Origin: a bacterium
GTDB taxonomy: Bacteria; UBA8248; JACPRG01; G963555815
DNA length: 64,000 nt
Assembly (NCBI GenBank): GCA_965261595.1
Contig: CBDHDG010000003.1
Span: 1-64,000 of the forward strand
Direction: 5' to 3'
In this document: positions 50,205-60,218 of the stretch, one piece after another
Position numbering within the stretch: position 1 is the first letter of the stretch
Layout of the letters: each line of letters begins with the position of its first letter
Made by a program: the position numbers and the translations under genes
The notes under the pieces: generated by a model
Databases searched by the model: none
Seen by the model: only the letters and a program-made list of their open reading frames with translations
Told to the model about the DNA's origin: nothing

Positions 50205-50320
50205 TATACGGGAGGTTACAAACGTGAGGCTGGCGGGGATGTCTGGTTATTTCGAGGCGATGTATTCGCACACAGGCAGCGCGGGGACCGCGAGTGAGAA
50301 GCTGTTGCGGGCGCTTCAGG
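50205..50320 (+). pseudogene. IS5-family transposase remnant
   Basis: IREVTNVRLAGMSGYFEAMYSHTG....SEKLLRAL. Confidence 0.5.
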
Positions 50321-50491
50321 GTGAGAGACTGGATGACCTGCCCTGGCACGCTTGCCGCCGCTCTCAAGAACCTAACACATCCTCCGTACCGGCCCCCAGA
50401 CGCTCGTCTCTCAGCCATCTTACCAAGCCGCTCACGGACCATTTCTCGCGGTCTCTGCGCAAGGAGTGATGTCTGGCCCGTGGGCCGCGCA

Positions 50492-51706
50492 TTACCCGAA
50501 CGCCTGGCTCCACCCCTCGCCCAGAATATCGGTCGCGATACTGTCGGCGATACGGTCGGCGGCCTCCTGCACCGAATCCCGCGCCAGATGGGCGTACCGG
50601 GCCGTGGTCTCGACCTGGCTGTGGCCCAACAGCTTGCCGATCATCGGAAGACTCTCGCCGAGCGCCAGTGCACGGCTGGCATACGAGTGACGTAGATCAT
50701 GAATTCGAAAGTCCTCCAAGCCGGCCCGCGCCCGGATGACCTGCCAGGCCTGATCCACGTTGCTCATATGCGTGCCCGGCTTCCGGCCGGGAATGACACA
50801 GGGGTTGGCCGGTTCTCGCGGCAGACCGGAAAGAAGCCTCACCGCCGAGGGCGACAATGGAACCACCCGTGCGCCCGTCTTGGCGTCGGGCAGTCTCAAT
50901 TCGTTCTGATCCAGCGCCACGTCCTCCCACCGCAGGGTCAGGATCTCGTTCTTCCGGCATCCGGTCAGCATAAGCAGACGGAGAGCGGTCACCGCGGATG
51001 CCGACGCGCCGCCCCGGGTCTCGACCTCATCCAGTACCTTTCCCAGGCGGGTGAACTCTCCATCGGTCAGAAACCTTTCCCGCTTGCGCTCGGGAAACCT
51101 GACCGCCAGCCGGCAGGGGTTGCATCCCTCCGGAACGAGCCCCCAGCTCTCGGCCAGCCTGTACATCAGCGACAGGGTGCGGACCACCATGTTCGCCATC
51201 GCAGGGGTCTCGTAGAGTTCGTCATGCAGCTCCATGACCCGTGCGCGGCTGACCGCCTCCAGCGGTAGCTGACCGAGGGCGGGCACGATATGACGATTCA
51301 CCACCGTCCGGGTCGACTTCATGGTGCTCGGCTTGTAGCGCACCGCCACGTGCTCTTCGAGAAACCGCCTCGCAAGCTGGCCCACTGTCGGCCCACCGGA
51401 CAGCTTCACCGCCATGGGCTCGGGCACCGGCTCCTCGCCGGCCTTGACCCGGGCGATGATCAGGGCCGCCCGCTGACGTGCCTGCTCCGCGCCGAGCACC
51501 CCGTGTCGGCCCACCGTGACCCGCTTCGGTCCCCCCGGTCCCCGGGCCTGGGCGACATAGACCTTGCCGCCCGCGGGATAGACCCGCATCCCGAAGCCGG
51601 TGAGCTCGTGATCCCAGAACACCGTGTCTTTTTCTACCTTCAGCTTCTCGACCGTGCGGTTCGAGAGCGTCTTGTATTCCAGCTTCGCCATGTCATCCAG
51701 CCTCAT
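50492..51706 (-). CDS. Tyrosine integrase 2 (N-terminal arm-binding domain)
   Basis: FWDHELTGFGMRV, TGCRKNEI, DAKTG, HDLRHSYAS, LGHSQVETTARYAH. Confidence 0.93.
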   Translation of the reverse strand: MRLDDMAKLEYKTLSNRTVEKLKVEKDTVFWDHELTGFGMRVYPAGGKVYVAQARGPGGPKRVTVGRHGVLGAEQARQRAALIIARVKAGEEPVPEPMAVKLSGGPTVGQLARRFLEEHVAVRYKPSTMKSTRTVVNRHIVPALGQLPLEAVSRARVMELHDELYETPAMANMVVRTLSLMYRLAESWGLVPEGCNPCRLAVRFPERKRERFLTDGEFTRLGKVLDEVETRGGASASAVTALRLLMLTGCRKNEILTLRWEDVALDQNELRLPDAKTGARVVPLSPSAVRLLSGLPREPANPCVIPGRKPGTHMSNVDQAWQVIRARAGLEDFRIHDLRHSYASRALALGESLPMIGKLLGHSQVETTARYAHLARDSVQEAADRIADSIATDILGEGWSQAFG

Positions 51707-52887
51707 GTCGCCTCGGTGCTCCGCGGCCCGATGTGGGCGCCGATGCTGTCGCCCACCCGGGTCGCGGCTTCCTTCTCCGCATCCCGCATCAAGTGCGCAT
51801 AACGTGCTGTCGTTGATACTTGACTGTGACCGAGCAGCTTGCCGATCACGGGCAGGCTCTCGCCCAGCGCCAGGGCCCTCGATGCATAGCTGTGCCGGAT
51901 GTCGTGAATCCGGACGTCATCCAAGCCGGCCTGCGCCCGGATGGGTTGCCAGTAGTGGTCGAGGTTCGTCAGACCGGTCCCCGGCCTTTGTCCGACAAGC
52001 ACCCAGGGAGTGCCTTCGATACGGGGAATGCCGTTAAGCACTCTCAGCACGTGCCCGGTTAGGGGCGCCATGCGCGGACCCGACTTGGCGTCCCTGAGCC
52101 TCAACTCGCCCGCCGTGCGGTCCACGTCGTCCCAGCGCAACGTCAGGATCTCGCTCTTCCGGCATCCGGTCAGCAGCAGCAGCCGGAGCGCCGCAATCAC
52201 CGGCGGCCACACCGAGCCGTCCGTTTCCGCGTCCCTCAACACACGGCCCAGCCGCCGGAACTCCTCCGGCGTCAGAAACCGCTCGCACGACCTCTCCTTG
52301 TAGCGGCGCACCGACCGGCACGGGTTCCGGCCGGGCGGCAGTCTTTCCCAGGCTTCCGCCAACGAGAACATTCTCGACAGAACCTTGACCGTCCGGTTGG
52401 CCATTGCAGGCGTGTCACGAAGCCGGTGATGCAGCGCGGAAATCTCCCTTCGTCCTACCTCGTTGATTGACATCGCGCCCAGGGTGGGAAGAATGTGCTT
52501 GTCGAGCACGCACCGGTACGTTGCAACGGTGCTCGGCTTGCAATGCACCTTGACATGGGTGCGCAGGAACCGTTCGGACAGTTCGGCCAACGTGAGCTCC
52601 GGCTCGGGCGGCGCGGGCACGGGGTCCTCCCCCCGCTTGATGCGGTCGATGACCACGGCCGCCCGCTTCCTCGCCTCCTCGGTCGACATGTCCCCATGCC
52701 GTCCGAGGGTCACTCGCTTCGGTCCGGCCGGCCCCCGGGACTGCACTACGTAGACCTTGCGACCCGTGGCATGGACCCGCACCCCGAAGCCCGCCAGGTC
52801 CCGGTCCCAGAAGACGCCATCCTTGGCATCGACGGTGAGTGCATCCACGGTGCGTTTGGTGATCCTGAGCTCGCTCCTTCTGGGCAT
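51703..52887 (-). CDS. Tyrosine integrase 1 (N-terminal arm-binding domain)
   Basis: FWDRDLAGFGVRV, TGCRKSEI, DAKSG, HDIRHSYAS, LGHSQVSTTARYAH; AAGGAG RBS. Confidence 0.93.
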   Translation of the reverse strand: MPRRSELRITKRTVDALTVDAKDGVFWDRDLAGFGVRVHATGRKVYVVQSRGPAGPKRVTLGRHGDMSTEEARKRAAVVIDRIKRGEDPVPAPPEPELTLAELSERFLRTHVKVHCKPSTVATYRCVLDKHILPTLGAMSINEVGRREISALHHRLRDTPAMANRTVKVLSRMFSLAEAWERLPPGRNPCRSVRRYKERSCERFLTPEEFRRLGRVLRDAETDGSVWPPVIAALRLLLLTGCRKSEILTLRWDDVDRTAGELRLRDAKSGPRMAPLTGHVLRVLNGIPRIEGTPWVLVGQRPGTGLTNLDHYWQPIRAQAGLDDVRIHDIRHSYASRALALGESLPVIGKLLGHSQVSTTARYAHLMRDAEKEAATRVGDSIGAHIGPRSTEAT

Positions 52888-53048
52888 GGTCGCTCCTTGC
52901 CTTTGTTCTATGGTGATTCGGTATGCAATTCCGTAATCAAATAGAACACACGCTGCATCAAATCGGTGCGTATTTGAGCACAAGCGTGGCGGGAATGCAA
53001 GGGGCAAGAGACGGGATAATGAAAAATAAATTCAATGTTTACAGCACT

Positions 53049-53999
53049 TTATCTCAGCACAGCGTTCTCGGTCGCACCATTGGCGAGGTGAGATATTTTA
53101 ACCACGTTTTCCATCTTGTGAAACCAGCACCGCTGATGGGGCGTGAAGGGGTAGACCACCTCCAGCGCCGCCAACAGCCCCGGGTTGCCGTCGGTGATGA
53201 TGAGGCGAAGGGAGTGACCCAAAAGCCCCCGGTGGTAGAGGTCGTCGAGGAACTTCGTCCACGTGGCCTCGCTCTCCGAGTCGGCCAGACGGAAGTCGAT
53301 GATCTCCCGCCGGCCCGCGAGTGTGACGCCCATCGCGCACAAAAGGACCTTGCGCCGGCTTCTCGACGCCCCGCGCACCTTGAAAGCCAGGCCATCCAGG
53401 AACACACAACGGTAGTGGTCGCTCAAAGGGCGGTCGTGGAACGCCGCAACGTCTCGGCTGAGCGCCGTGCACACCCGCGAGACGGTGGAGGCGCTCACCG
53501 CTTCACCCAACAACCCCTTCACGCACGCCCCCACCCGGCGGGTGGACACCCCGGCCAGGAAGCAATCGCGAAGCGTGCGGTCCACCACCGCCCGGCGGCG
53601 CCGGTAGCGCGAACGCCCGGCTCTGAAAGCCGCCGCCGCGAACCCGGGGCACACGCAGGGCGCGGATCAGCCCCCCCTCGGTCCCCAGGTCCCGGACGTA
53701 GTGGCCGTTGGCCCAGTCGCGCCGCTTGGGCGTGCGCTCCCGGAACCCGGCCGCCAGGTAGACGGCCCGCTCCTCGGCCATCAGGCCCTCCAAAAACCCT
53801 TTCAGGCTCGCCTCGATGGGCAACTCCACCTCCCACGTCTCATTCAGCTCTTGAAATGCCCGGCCCAAATCCTTATCCCCAAAAAGCAACTTCGGTTGCA
53901 TTGGGTGTGCTCCTCCAAAATGGGTTTCTTGCTCCCAGGAAGAGTACACCCTCTCTTTTTGCCCGAAAACACTTTCTACACACAAAACGGTACATCACC
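53049..53999 (-). mobile_element. IS256-family remnant (frameshifted, 3'-truncated; transposase start 53901)
   Basis: NGHYVRDLGT..LRVPRVR / GVSTRRV..VSASTVSR..VFLDG..IITDG..HQRCWFHK; terminal GGTGATGTACCGTTTTGTGT. Confidence 0.88.
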
Positions 54000-54143
54000 C
54001 GCTCAAGACGCATGTTGACAAATCTGATGTTTTTAGGGTAGCCCTGACAGTTAATCGGGAAAGGGTAGTAACTTCGGCGGCTTCTGATTGAGCAAGATGA
54101 AGCGTTCCGTGGGCGGCTTGCATTTTCAAAAGGAGGATTTGGA

Positions 54144-55064
54144 ATGAGAAATCTTCGACGAACCGCACAGACGTTGATACTCATTTTGATCCTTGCGGCC
54201 ATGGTTTGGGCCGTCCCTCGGGCCCTTGCTCAAAAGCAGACGACCTTTTGCGCCAGTTGGGTCATCAACGCGGAGCGGGCGATGCATATTCTCTCCGTGG
54301 AGAAGGGGTACTTCAAGGCCGAAGGGCTTGACGTCAAATACGTTCGCGGCTATGGGTCGGGAGACGCGTTCAAGCGTGTGGGGGCTGGGTCCTGCGATAT
54401 CGCGGAAACGGCGGGAGGCGCTGTTGTCCTAGGCCGGGCCAAGGGAATCCCGGCCAAGCTCGTGGCCATGCAGTCCCATAAGTTCGAAGAGACCCTATTC
54501 TTCTTCGCCGGGTCCGGGGTCAACTCTCCCAAGGATCTGGAAGGCAAGCGGGTGACGGGAGGCCCGAAGGCCGCCTCGAACACGTTGATGTTCCCCCTTT
54601 TCGCCAAGGCGAACAACATCGACCTTTCAAAGGTGGGGATTATTTACATGTCCCCGGGCGCCAAGGCCGCCAGCCTGGCCGCCGGCAAGGTGGACGCATT
54701 GGCGAGCTACCATCGGTCTCGGCCGAGACTTGACAAGGCCTCCAAGCAGGTCGGGAAAGATATTAAGATGATGGTCTATGCGGACTACGGCGTGGACCTC
54801 TATTCCGGGGGGATTACCGCATCGGACGCGACCATCGCCAACAAGGGCGAATTTGTTCTTGGTTTCCTGAGAGGCCTTTTCCGCGGTATGGCCGAGTCTT
54901 TGAAGGATCCTGAAGGAACAATCGACCTGTTCATGAAAGAACACGGTGGGTCCCGGGTGTTCAGCATCCGAACCCTCAAGCTCGTCCAGGATTTTTGGTT
55001 CGACCGCTACTATAAAAAAGAAGGCCTGGGCCATGTCAATGAGAAACGGAATTTCCTATATTAA
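54144..55064 (+). CDS. NMT1/THI5-like ABC substrate-binding protein, C-terminus clipped by IS1595
   Basis: Signal peptide, KGYFKAEGLDV, PKDLEGK, YGVDLYSGG; the last codons lie within the IS IR. Confidence 0.85.
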   Translation: MRNLRRTAQTLILILILAAMVWAVPRALAQKQTTFCASWVINAERAMHILSVEKGYFKAEGLDVKYVRGYGSGDAFKRVGAGSCDIAETAGGAVVLGRAKGIPAKLVAMQSHKFEETLFFFAGSGVNSPKDLEGKRVTGGPKAASNTLMFPLFAKANNIDLSKVGIIYMSPGAKAASLAAGKVDALASYHRSRPRLDKASKQVGKDIKMMVYADYGVDLYSGGITASDATIANKGEFVLGFLRGLFRGMAESLKDPEGTIDLFMKEHGGSRVFSIRTLKLVQDFWFDRYYKKEGLGHVNEKRNFLY

Positions 55065-56999
55065 GACCTTGGCAAACTCTCCCGCTTGGATTATATTTGA
55101 TCTCGTGAATGAAGATTGGATAACCCAAGCAAGGAGAGAATGTCATGGACATCATACAGGTTTTCGAGCAGTTTCCAACCCAAAAATCATGCATCGAACA
55201 TCTTGAGGCGGCGCGGTGGAGGGGTACGCCGTGCTGTATGTACTGCGGATCCATCAAGGTGGCCCGACACATTAAACGGTGGCGGTGCTATGACTGCCGG
55301 ACCTCCTTCAGCGTTATGGTTGGCACGATCTTTCATCACACGCACCTTCCCCTTCAGAAATGGTTCCTGGCGATCTCCCTCATCCTGAACGCCAAGAAGG
55401 GGCTGTCCGCCCTTCAGCTTTCGCGCGATCTCAAGGTGAACAAGAACACGGCTTGGCGCATTGCCATGCAGATCCGAAAGTCCATGACGCAGGCCGGGCA
55501 ACGAGAAATGCTCACCGGGATCGTGGAGATGGACGAAACCTATGTGGGCGGAAAACCACGGAAGGGAACCGGCAAGAAGGGTGACACATCGAAGCGCGGG
55601 CGCGGAACGGACAAGGCCCCCGTGGTCGGCGCTGTGGAGCGAGGCGGCCGGGTGACGGCCAAGGCCGTGAAGAAGGGGAGCATGAAGGCTAAGCACCTGA
55701 GAGCCTTTGTCCGGGAGCGAATCAAGACACATGAATCCGAGTTGATCACGGATGAATACAAGGGCTATCTCGGAATGTCGAAAGTTCTCCCCCACAGGGT
55801 CATCCGTCACGACAAATGGTATGTGGACGGTGACATCCACACGAATACGATTGACGGCTTCTGGGCCTTGCTGAAACGCGGGATGTTCGGCCAGTTCCAC
55901 AGTGTGAGCCGGAAGCACCTGCAACGTTACGTGGACGAGTTCTGCTTCCGATTCAACCTGCGCGAGTCCGATCCCATTATGGCGTTCGAGTTTACCATCA
56001 ACAGGGGTATGGGGGTGGCATGATGAGGGATAAACCACTGGAAGTCATTGCAGGCGCGCCGGATAGACCGTTGAGCATCGGGGATATCGAGATTCAATGC
56101 TACGTCCTGGAAGACGAGACAAGAGTTTTGTCACAATCCGGGATGTTCGCTGGACTTGGACTCGCTCGAAGTGGACTGGTCCAAATCGGCGGCGGGGCGC
56201 AAATGCCTCGTTTTGCCACCTCAAAATCTCTCAAGCCCTATATTCCCAATGAATTAACGGCGGGTCTAAGTTCTCCAAAAATATTTCAGCCGGTCAGGGG
56301 GGGGAGAACGGCGTACGGATTGGTAGCGACCATCTTGGCTGACATTTGCGAAGCAGTGCTTCTTGCGAGAGGTGCAGGATCATTGACAAATAAACAGGAA
56401 CGCTTAGCGGACAGATGCGAATTTCTTATGAGAGGATTTGCTCGTGTCGGAATCATAGCCCTCGTTGACGAGGCGACTGGCTATCAACGCATTCGGGAAG
56501 AACGCGCCCTTGCCAAAATCCTTGAAAGATACATTGCCGATGAACTGCAACCGTGGACAAAGACATTTCCCTACAACTTTTATGAGGGAATTGTCAAACT
56601 GAAACAGTGGCCGTCGATATATGCAATCAAACGCCCTTCCATCATTGGTCGATACACCAACAATATCGTCTACGAGCGCATAGAGGACGGTTTGTATCAT
56701 GCGCTTAGAAGGAAAAACCCCAAGCTCCCAGCTGGGTACAGGAAGCATAAACATCATCAGTGGTTCACGCCTGAGCATGGTCATCCCAAGCTGGAGGAAC
56801 ATATCTCCAATGTCAGCACCCTTATGCGAGTTGCGGCAAATTGGAAGTCGTTTTATGAGACCTTGCTCCCGAGAGCATTTCCCAAAAAGCGCGAGCAGAT
56901 ACCCTTGGCACTGGATGATTGATATGACCGCCCCAAGTTGAGATAACGCTGGCCTGTCGGGGAACATATTATCATAAGGTCTTAATCTAGGAAATTCCG
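55047..56999 (+). mobile_element. IS1595-family element with passenger gene (transposase 55145-56023)
   Basis: 24-bp IRs CGGAATTTCCTA(T/G)ATTAAGACCTT; VEMDETYVGG, ITDEY, HTNTIDGFW. Confidence 0.93.
56020..56922 (+). CDS. P63C-domain protein (IS passenger)
   Basis: IQCYVLEDETRVLS, GIIALVDEATGYQ, ELQPWTKTFP..FY, HHQWFT..HGHPKL. Confidence 0.85.
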   Translation: MMRDKPLEVIAGAPDRPLSIGDIEIQCYVLEDETRVLSQSGMFAGLGLARSGLVQIGGGAQMPRFATSKSLKPYIPNELTAGLSSPKIFQPVRGGRTAYGLVATILADICEAVLLARGAGSLTNKQERLADRCEFLMRGFARVGIIALVDEATGYQRIREERALAKILERYIADELQPWTKTFPYNFYEGIVKLKQWPSIYAIKRPSIIGRYTNNIVYERIEDGLYHALRRKNPKLPAGYRKHKHHQWFTPEHGHPKLEEHISNVSTLMRVAANWKSFYETLLPRAFPKKREQIPLALDD

Positions 57000-57364
57000 T
57001 TTAAAAGAGACAGGCGACAACGCTCTTCGCGCGATGTAGCGCGCAAAGAAGCCCTGTCTCTCCAGATGACGCCAAGACTTTCCATTCAGGGGTCCGCACG
57101 GCTTTGGGTCCCGGGTGAGGAGGGAAGGGGCGGTTCTCGGCCGAAAACGCACACAGACCATTATGAGGGACGAAAATCATAGGCCATTCTGGAGTTGCGC
57201 CATCGGCCGGACACCCAAAGTCAGTTCATCCGTTCGCACCCCGCCGGCGGCGATGGATTCGGTGATTGTCAGTCGGCGTGGGTTCGTCGGGGGATCGCGG
57301 GTGATTTCAGGTTCGGTTGTTTTCCGCCTTCACCGCGGAGATTGATCGACGCGGAAAGCTACGC

Positions 57365-57997
57365 ATGGAAGAAGGAAAAAAGGGACCTCGCATCCCGCCC
57401 TCCTCGGCCGCTCTCCTTGTCGTAGACATGCAAAATGGGTTTCTTCACCCGGAAGGTGCCCTGGGACGGGACGGGGCACCCGTCGAGCCGATGTGGGAAA
57501 TTGTGCCGCGGGTCGCGGAGCTTCACCGCCTCTGCCGGCAAATGGGCATTCCGGACATCTGGTCCATCCAGGAGAGGCTCGCGGAAGACAAGGCCAGAGC
57601 GGCCCGCCGCATTCCCGCCCATACGGCAAAACGGAGCGTCATCCCCTGCTTGAAGGACACTTGGGATGCGGAGATCGTGGCAGACCTGAAACCGCTCATC
57701 GATGAAAAGAGCACGATCCTGCGAAAGAATAGATTCAGCTGCTTCTATAACACGAACCTTGAATATCTCTTGCGCGCCTTTGGGGCCACGACCCTTATCC
57801 TCACTGGCGTAACAACCCAGGCCTGCGTCGAGACAACCGCGCGGGAGGCCTACTTGAGGGAATTGGATGTCTTGGTGGTTGAAGATTGCGTGGCCAGCCA
57901 ATCGGAGGCATTCCACCGGGCGTCCCTTCAGGTGATGAACCGGTACTTCGGCCTGGTGATTCCCTTGCGAGAACTCTCGGGCATACTCACTCCCTGA
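57365..57997 (+). CDS. Isochorismatase-family cysteine hydrolase
   Basis: LLVVDMQNGF, KNRFSCF, GVTTQACVETTAR. Confidence 0.9.
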   Translation: MEEGKKGPRIPPSSAALLVVDMQNGFLHPEGALGRDGAPVEPMWEIVPRVAELHRLCRQMGIPDIWSIQERLAEDKARAARRIPAHTAKRSVIPCLKDTWDAEIVADLKPLIDEKSTILRKNRFSCFYNTNLEYLLRAFGATTLILTGVTTQACVETTAREAYLRELDVLVVEDCVASQSEAFHRASLQVMNRYFGLVIPLRELSGILTP

Positions 57998-58011
57998 TCT
58001 GGAGGCTCGAC

Positions 58012-60204
58012 TTGGCCAATCCTCGAAAGCGTGAAGCGCAACCGGAGCGGCCGGCCTCTTCCGGCTCGCACCCCGCGGCGGAGGGCCGGAACCCTGAAGG
58101 CACCCGGCAGACCCCGCGAGCCATCCTTGGGGTGGATTCGGGGGGGACTTTCACGGACTGTGTCTTTATCGACGAAAGCGGCCTGATTTCTCACGACAAG
58201 GCGTTCTCGAACCCCCGGGACCTGGAGGGGAGCGTCCTTTCGGCCATTGGAAACGTTGCGGCCCGCTCAGGGAAAGACCTCTCGCACCTTTTGGGCGAGG
58301 CGCGTCTCCTGGGGCATGGGACAACGGTGGGAATTAACGCTTACTACACGGGTCGGGGCGCAAAGGTCGGTCTCATCACCACCAAGGGGCACGAGGACGC
58401 CATCCTTATCGGGCGCGTATATCAAAAGGTGACCGGTCTCATCGAGAAAGAGATCACCGTCGCCCACCGGCTCCGCAAGCCGAAACCGCTTGTTCCGAAA
58501 CCCCTCATTAAAGGGGTGACCGAGCGAGTCGACTTTCGCGGAGAAGCCATCGTCCCCCTCTGTCTTCCGGAGGTGGCTCAAGCGATCCGGGAGCTTCAGG
58601 AGGAAGGCGTCGAAGCGATTGCCGTTTCTTTTCTCTGGTCTTTCAAGAACCCCTCCCACGAACGCCATGTCCGGTCCTTGATCGAAGAAGCGGCCCCCGA
58701 TGTTTTTGTGACTTTGTCGAGCGAGCTTGCCCCGGTCATCAACGAGTACGAGCGCACCATCACCACCGTCCTGAACGCATACCTCGGTCCCGTCCTCTCT
58801 CGATACCTGGGTGCCCTTGAAGGAAAGCTGCAACAGGAGTTCTTCCGCGGCTCGTTCCTCGTCATGCAATCCACGGGGGGCGCTCTCCCGGCGGTGGAGG
58901 CCCAGGAAGTCGCGGTCCAGGTCTTGAACTCCGGACCCATTGGAGGGGTTTTGGGCGCCCTGGCCTTAAGCCGGGTCAAGGGGTGGGGAAATTTGATTGC
59001 CACCGACGTCGGCGGGACGATCTTCGACGTGAGCCTCGTGGTCGATGGGGAGTCCCTTCCCGCGGCCACGCCCATCTTCGACCGTTACCACCTGGCGTTG
59101 CCATTGACGGACATCTCCTCAATCGGGGCGGGCGGGGGGAGCATCGCCCGCGTGGAAGAGGGCGCCCGCCTCCTTCAGGTCGGACCCGACAGCGCCGGGG
59201 CCTATCCGGGTCCCGTTTGTTACAGGCGTGAAGGCACGGAGCCCACAGTTACGGACGCGGACGTCGTCTTGGGACGGATCAATCCGGAGAATTTCTTCGG
59301 CGGGAGACATCGCATCGATGTGGATGCCGCCAAGTCGGCGATCGAAGAGAAGGTGGCGAAGCCCCTGGGCATGGAGGTCCATGACGCCGCACAAGCCATC
59401 TTGGATGTTATCGATGCCCGGATGGCGGACCTGGTCCGGAAGGTGACGATCGAAAGAGGTCACGACCCGAGAGACTTCGTCCTCTTGGCTTACGGGGGAA
59501 GCGGGCCGACCCATGTGGGCGCCTACGGGAGAGATCTTGGCTCGCTCCTTGCCGTGATATCCCCCTATTCCTCAGTTTTCTCCGCCTTCGGCATCGCCTC
59601 AGCCGACATCCTGCGCACTTACGTTCAGTCGGACCCCAAGTTGATGCCTTGCACCGCGGCGGAGGTGAACGCCATTTTCAAAGCCTCGGAGGAAAGGGCC
59701 CTTCGGGAGTTCCAGGGAATGGGCCTTGATTCCGATGCCGTTTCACTTTGTCGCAGTGCCGCGATGAAGTTCCGGCGTCAGGTCCACGAACTCCAAGTGC
59801 CCGTCCCGGGCGGGGAGCTCCGGGATGGGGACATCTCCGAAATCCAGGCGCGCTTCAGCGATCTTTATGAGCGAACTTACGGAGAGGGGACATCCTACGA
59901 GGAGGCGGGAGTCGAAGTGAACACGTTCCGGGTGACCGCGATCGGCCATCTGCCGAAACCCTCTCCCAAACCGCTCCCCCTGAAAGGTCCGGAGGCTCAA
60001 GGGGCCCTCGATGGGGACCGCAAGGTCTACTTCAACGCGACGCAACGCTTTTTGGACACACCGGTCTATCGTGCCGGCCGGCTCGAACCGGGAAACGAAA
60101 TACAAGGCCCCGCCATCGTGGAGGATGCGACCCTGAGTCTTCCGGTTCATCCCGGGCAACGGATTCGCGTGGACGAGTACAGAAATCTTCTTTTGACTTT
60201 TTGA
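58012..60204 (+). CDS. Hydantoinase/oxoprolinase subunit A
   Basis: GVDSGGTFTD, HGTT, NSGPIGG, DVGGT, IGAGGGSIA, GPDSAGAYPGP; TTG start after GGAGG. Confidence 0.92.
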   Translation: MANPRKREAQPERPASSGSHPAAEGRNPEGTRQTPRAILGVDSGGTFTDCVFIDESGLISHDKAFSNPRDLEGSVLSAIGNVAARSGKDLSHLLGEARLLGHGTTVGINAYYTGRGAKVGLITTKGHEDAILIGRVYQKVTGLIEKEITVAHRLRKPKPLVPKPLIKGVTERVDFRGEAIVPLCLPEVAQAIRELQEEGVEAIAVSFLWSFKNPSHERHVRSLIEEAAPDVFVTLSSELAPVINEYERTITTVLNAYLGPVLSRYLGALEGKLQQEFFRGSFLVMQSTGGALPAVEAQEVAVQVLNSGPIGGVLGALALSRVKGWGNLIATDVGGTIFDVSLVVDGESLPAATPIFDRYHLALPLTDISSIGAGGGSIARVEEGARLLQVGPDSAGAYPGPVCYRREGTEPTVTDADVVLGRINPENFFGGRHRIDVDAAKSAIEEKVAKPLGMEVHDAAQAILDVIDARMADLVRKVTIERGHDPRDFVLLAYGGSGPTHVGAYGRDLGSLLAVISPYSSVFSAFGIASADILRTYVQSDPKLMPCTAAEVNAIFKASEERALREFQGMGLDSDAVSLCRSAAMKFRRQVHELQVPVPGGELRDGDISEIQARFSDLYERTYGEGTSYEEAGVEVNTFRVTAIGHLPKPSPKPLPLKGPEAQGALDGDRKVYFNATQRFLDTPVYRAGRLEPGNEIQGPAIVEDATLSLPVHPGQRIRVDEYRNLLLTF

Positions 60205-60218
60205 GGCCGGAGGCCCCC

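Noticed and set aside
52955..52985. GGTGCGTATT resembling the R388 nic region
   Set aside because: Short match only, in the integrase upstream region, without the matching downstream nic bases; it could be part of a promoter or att site.
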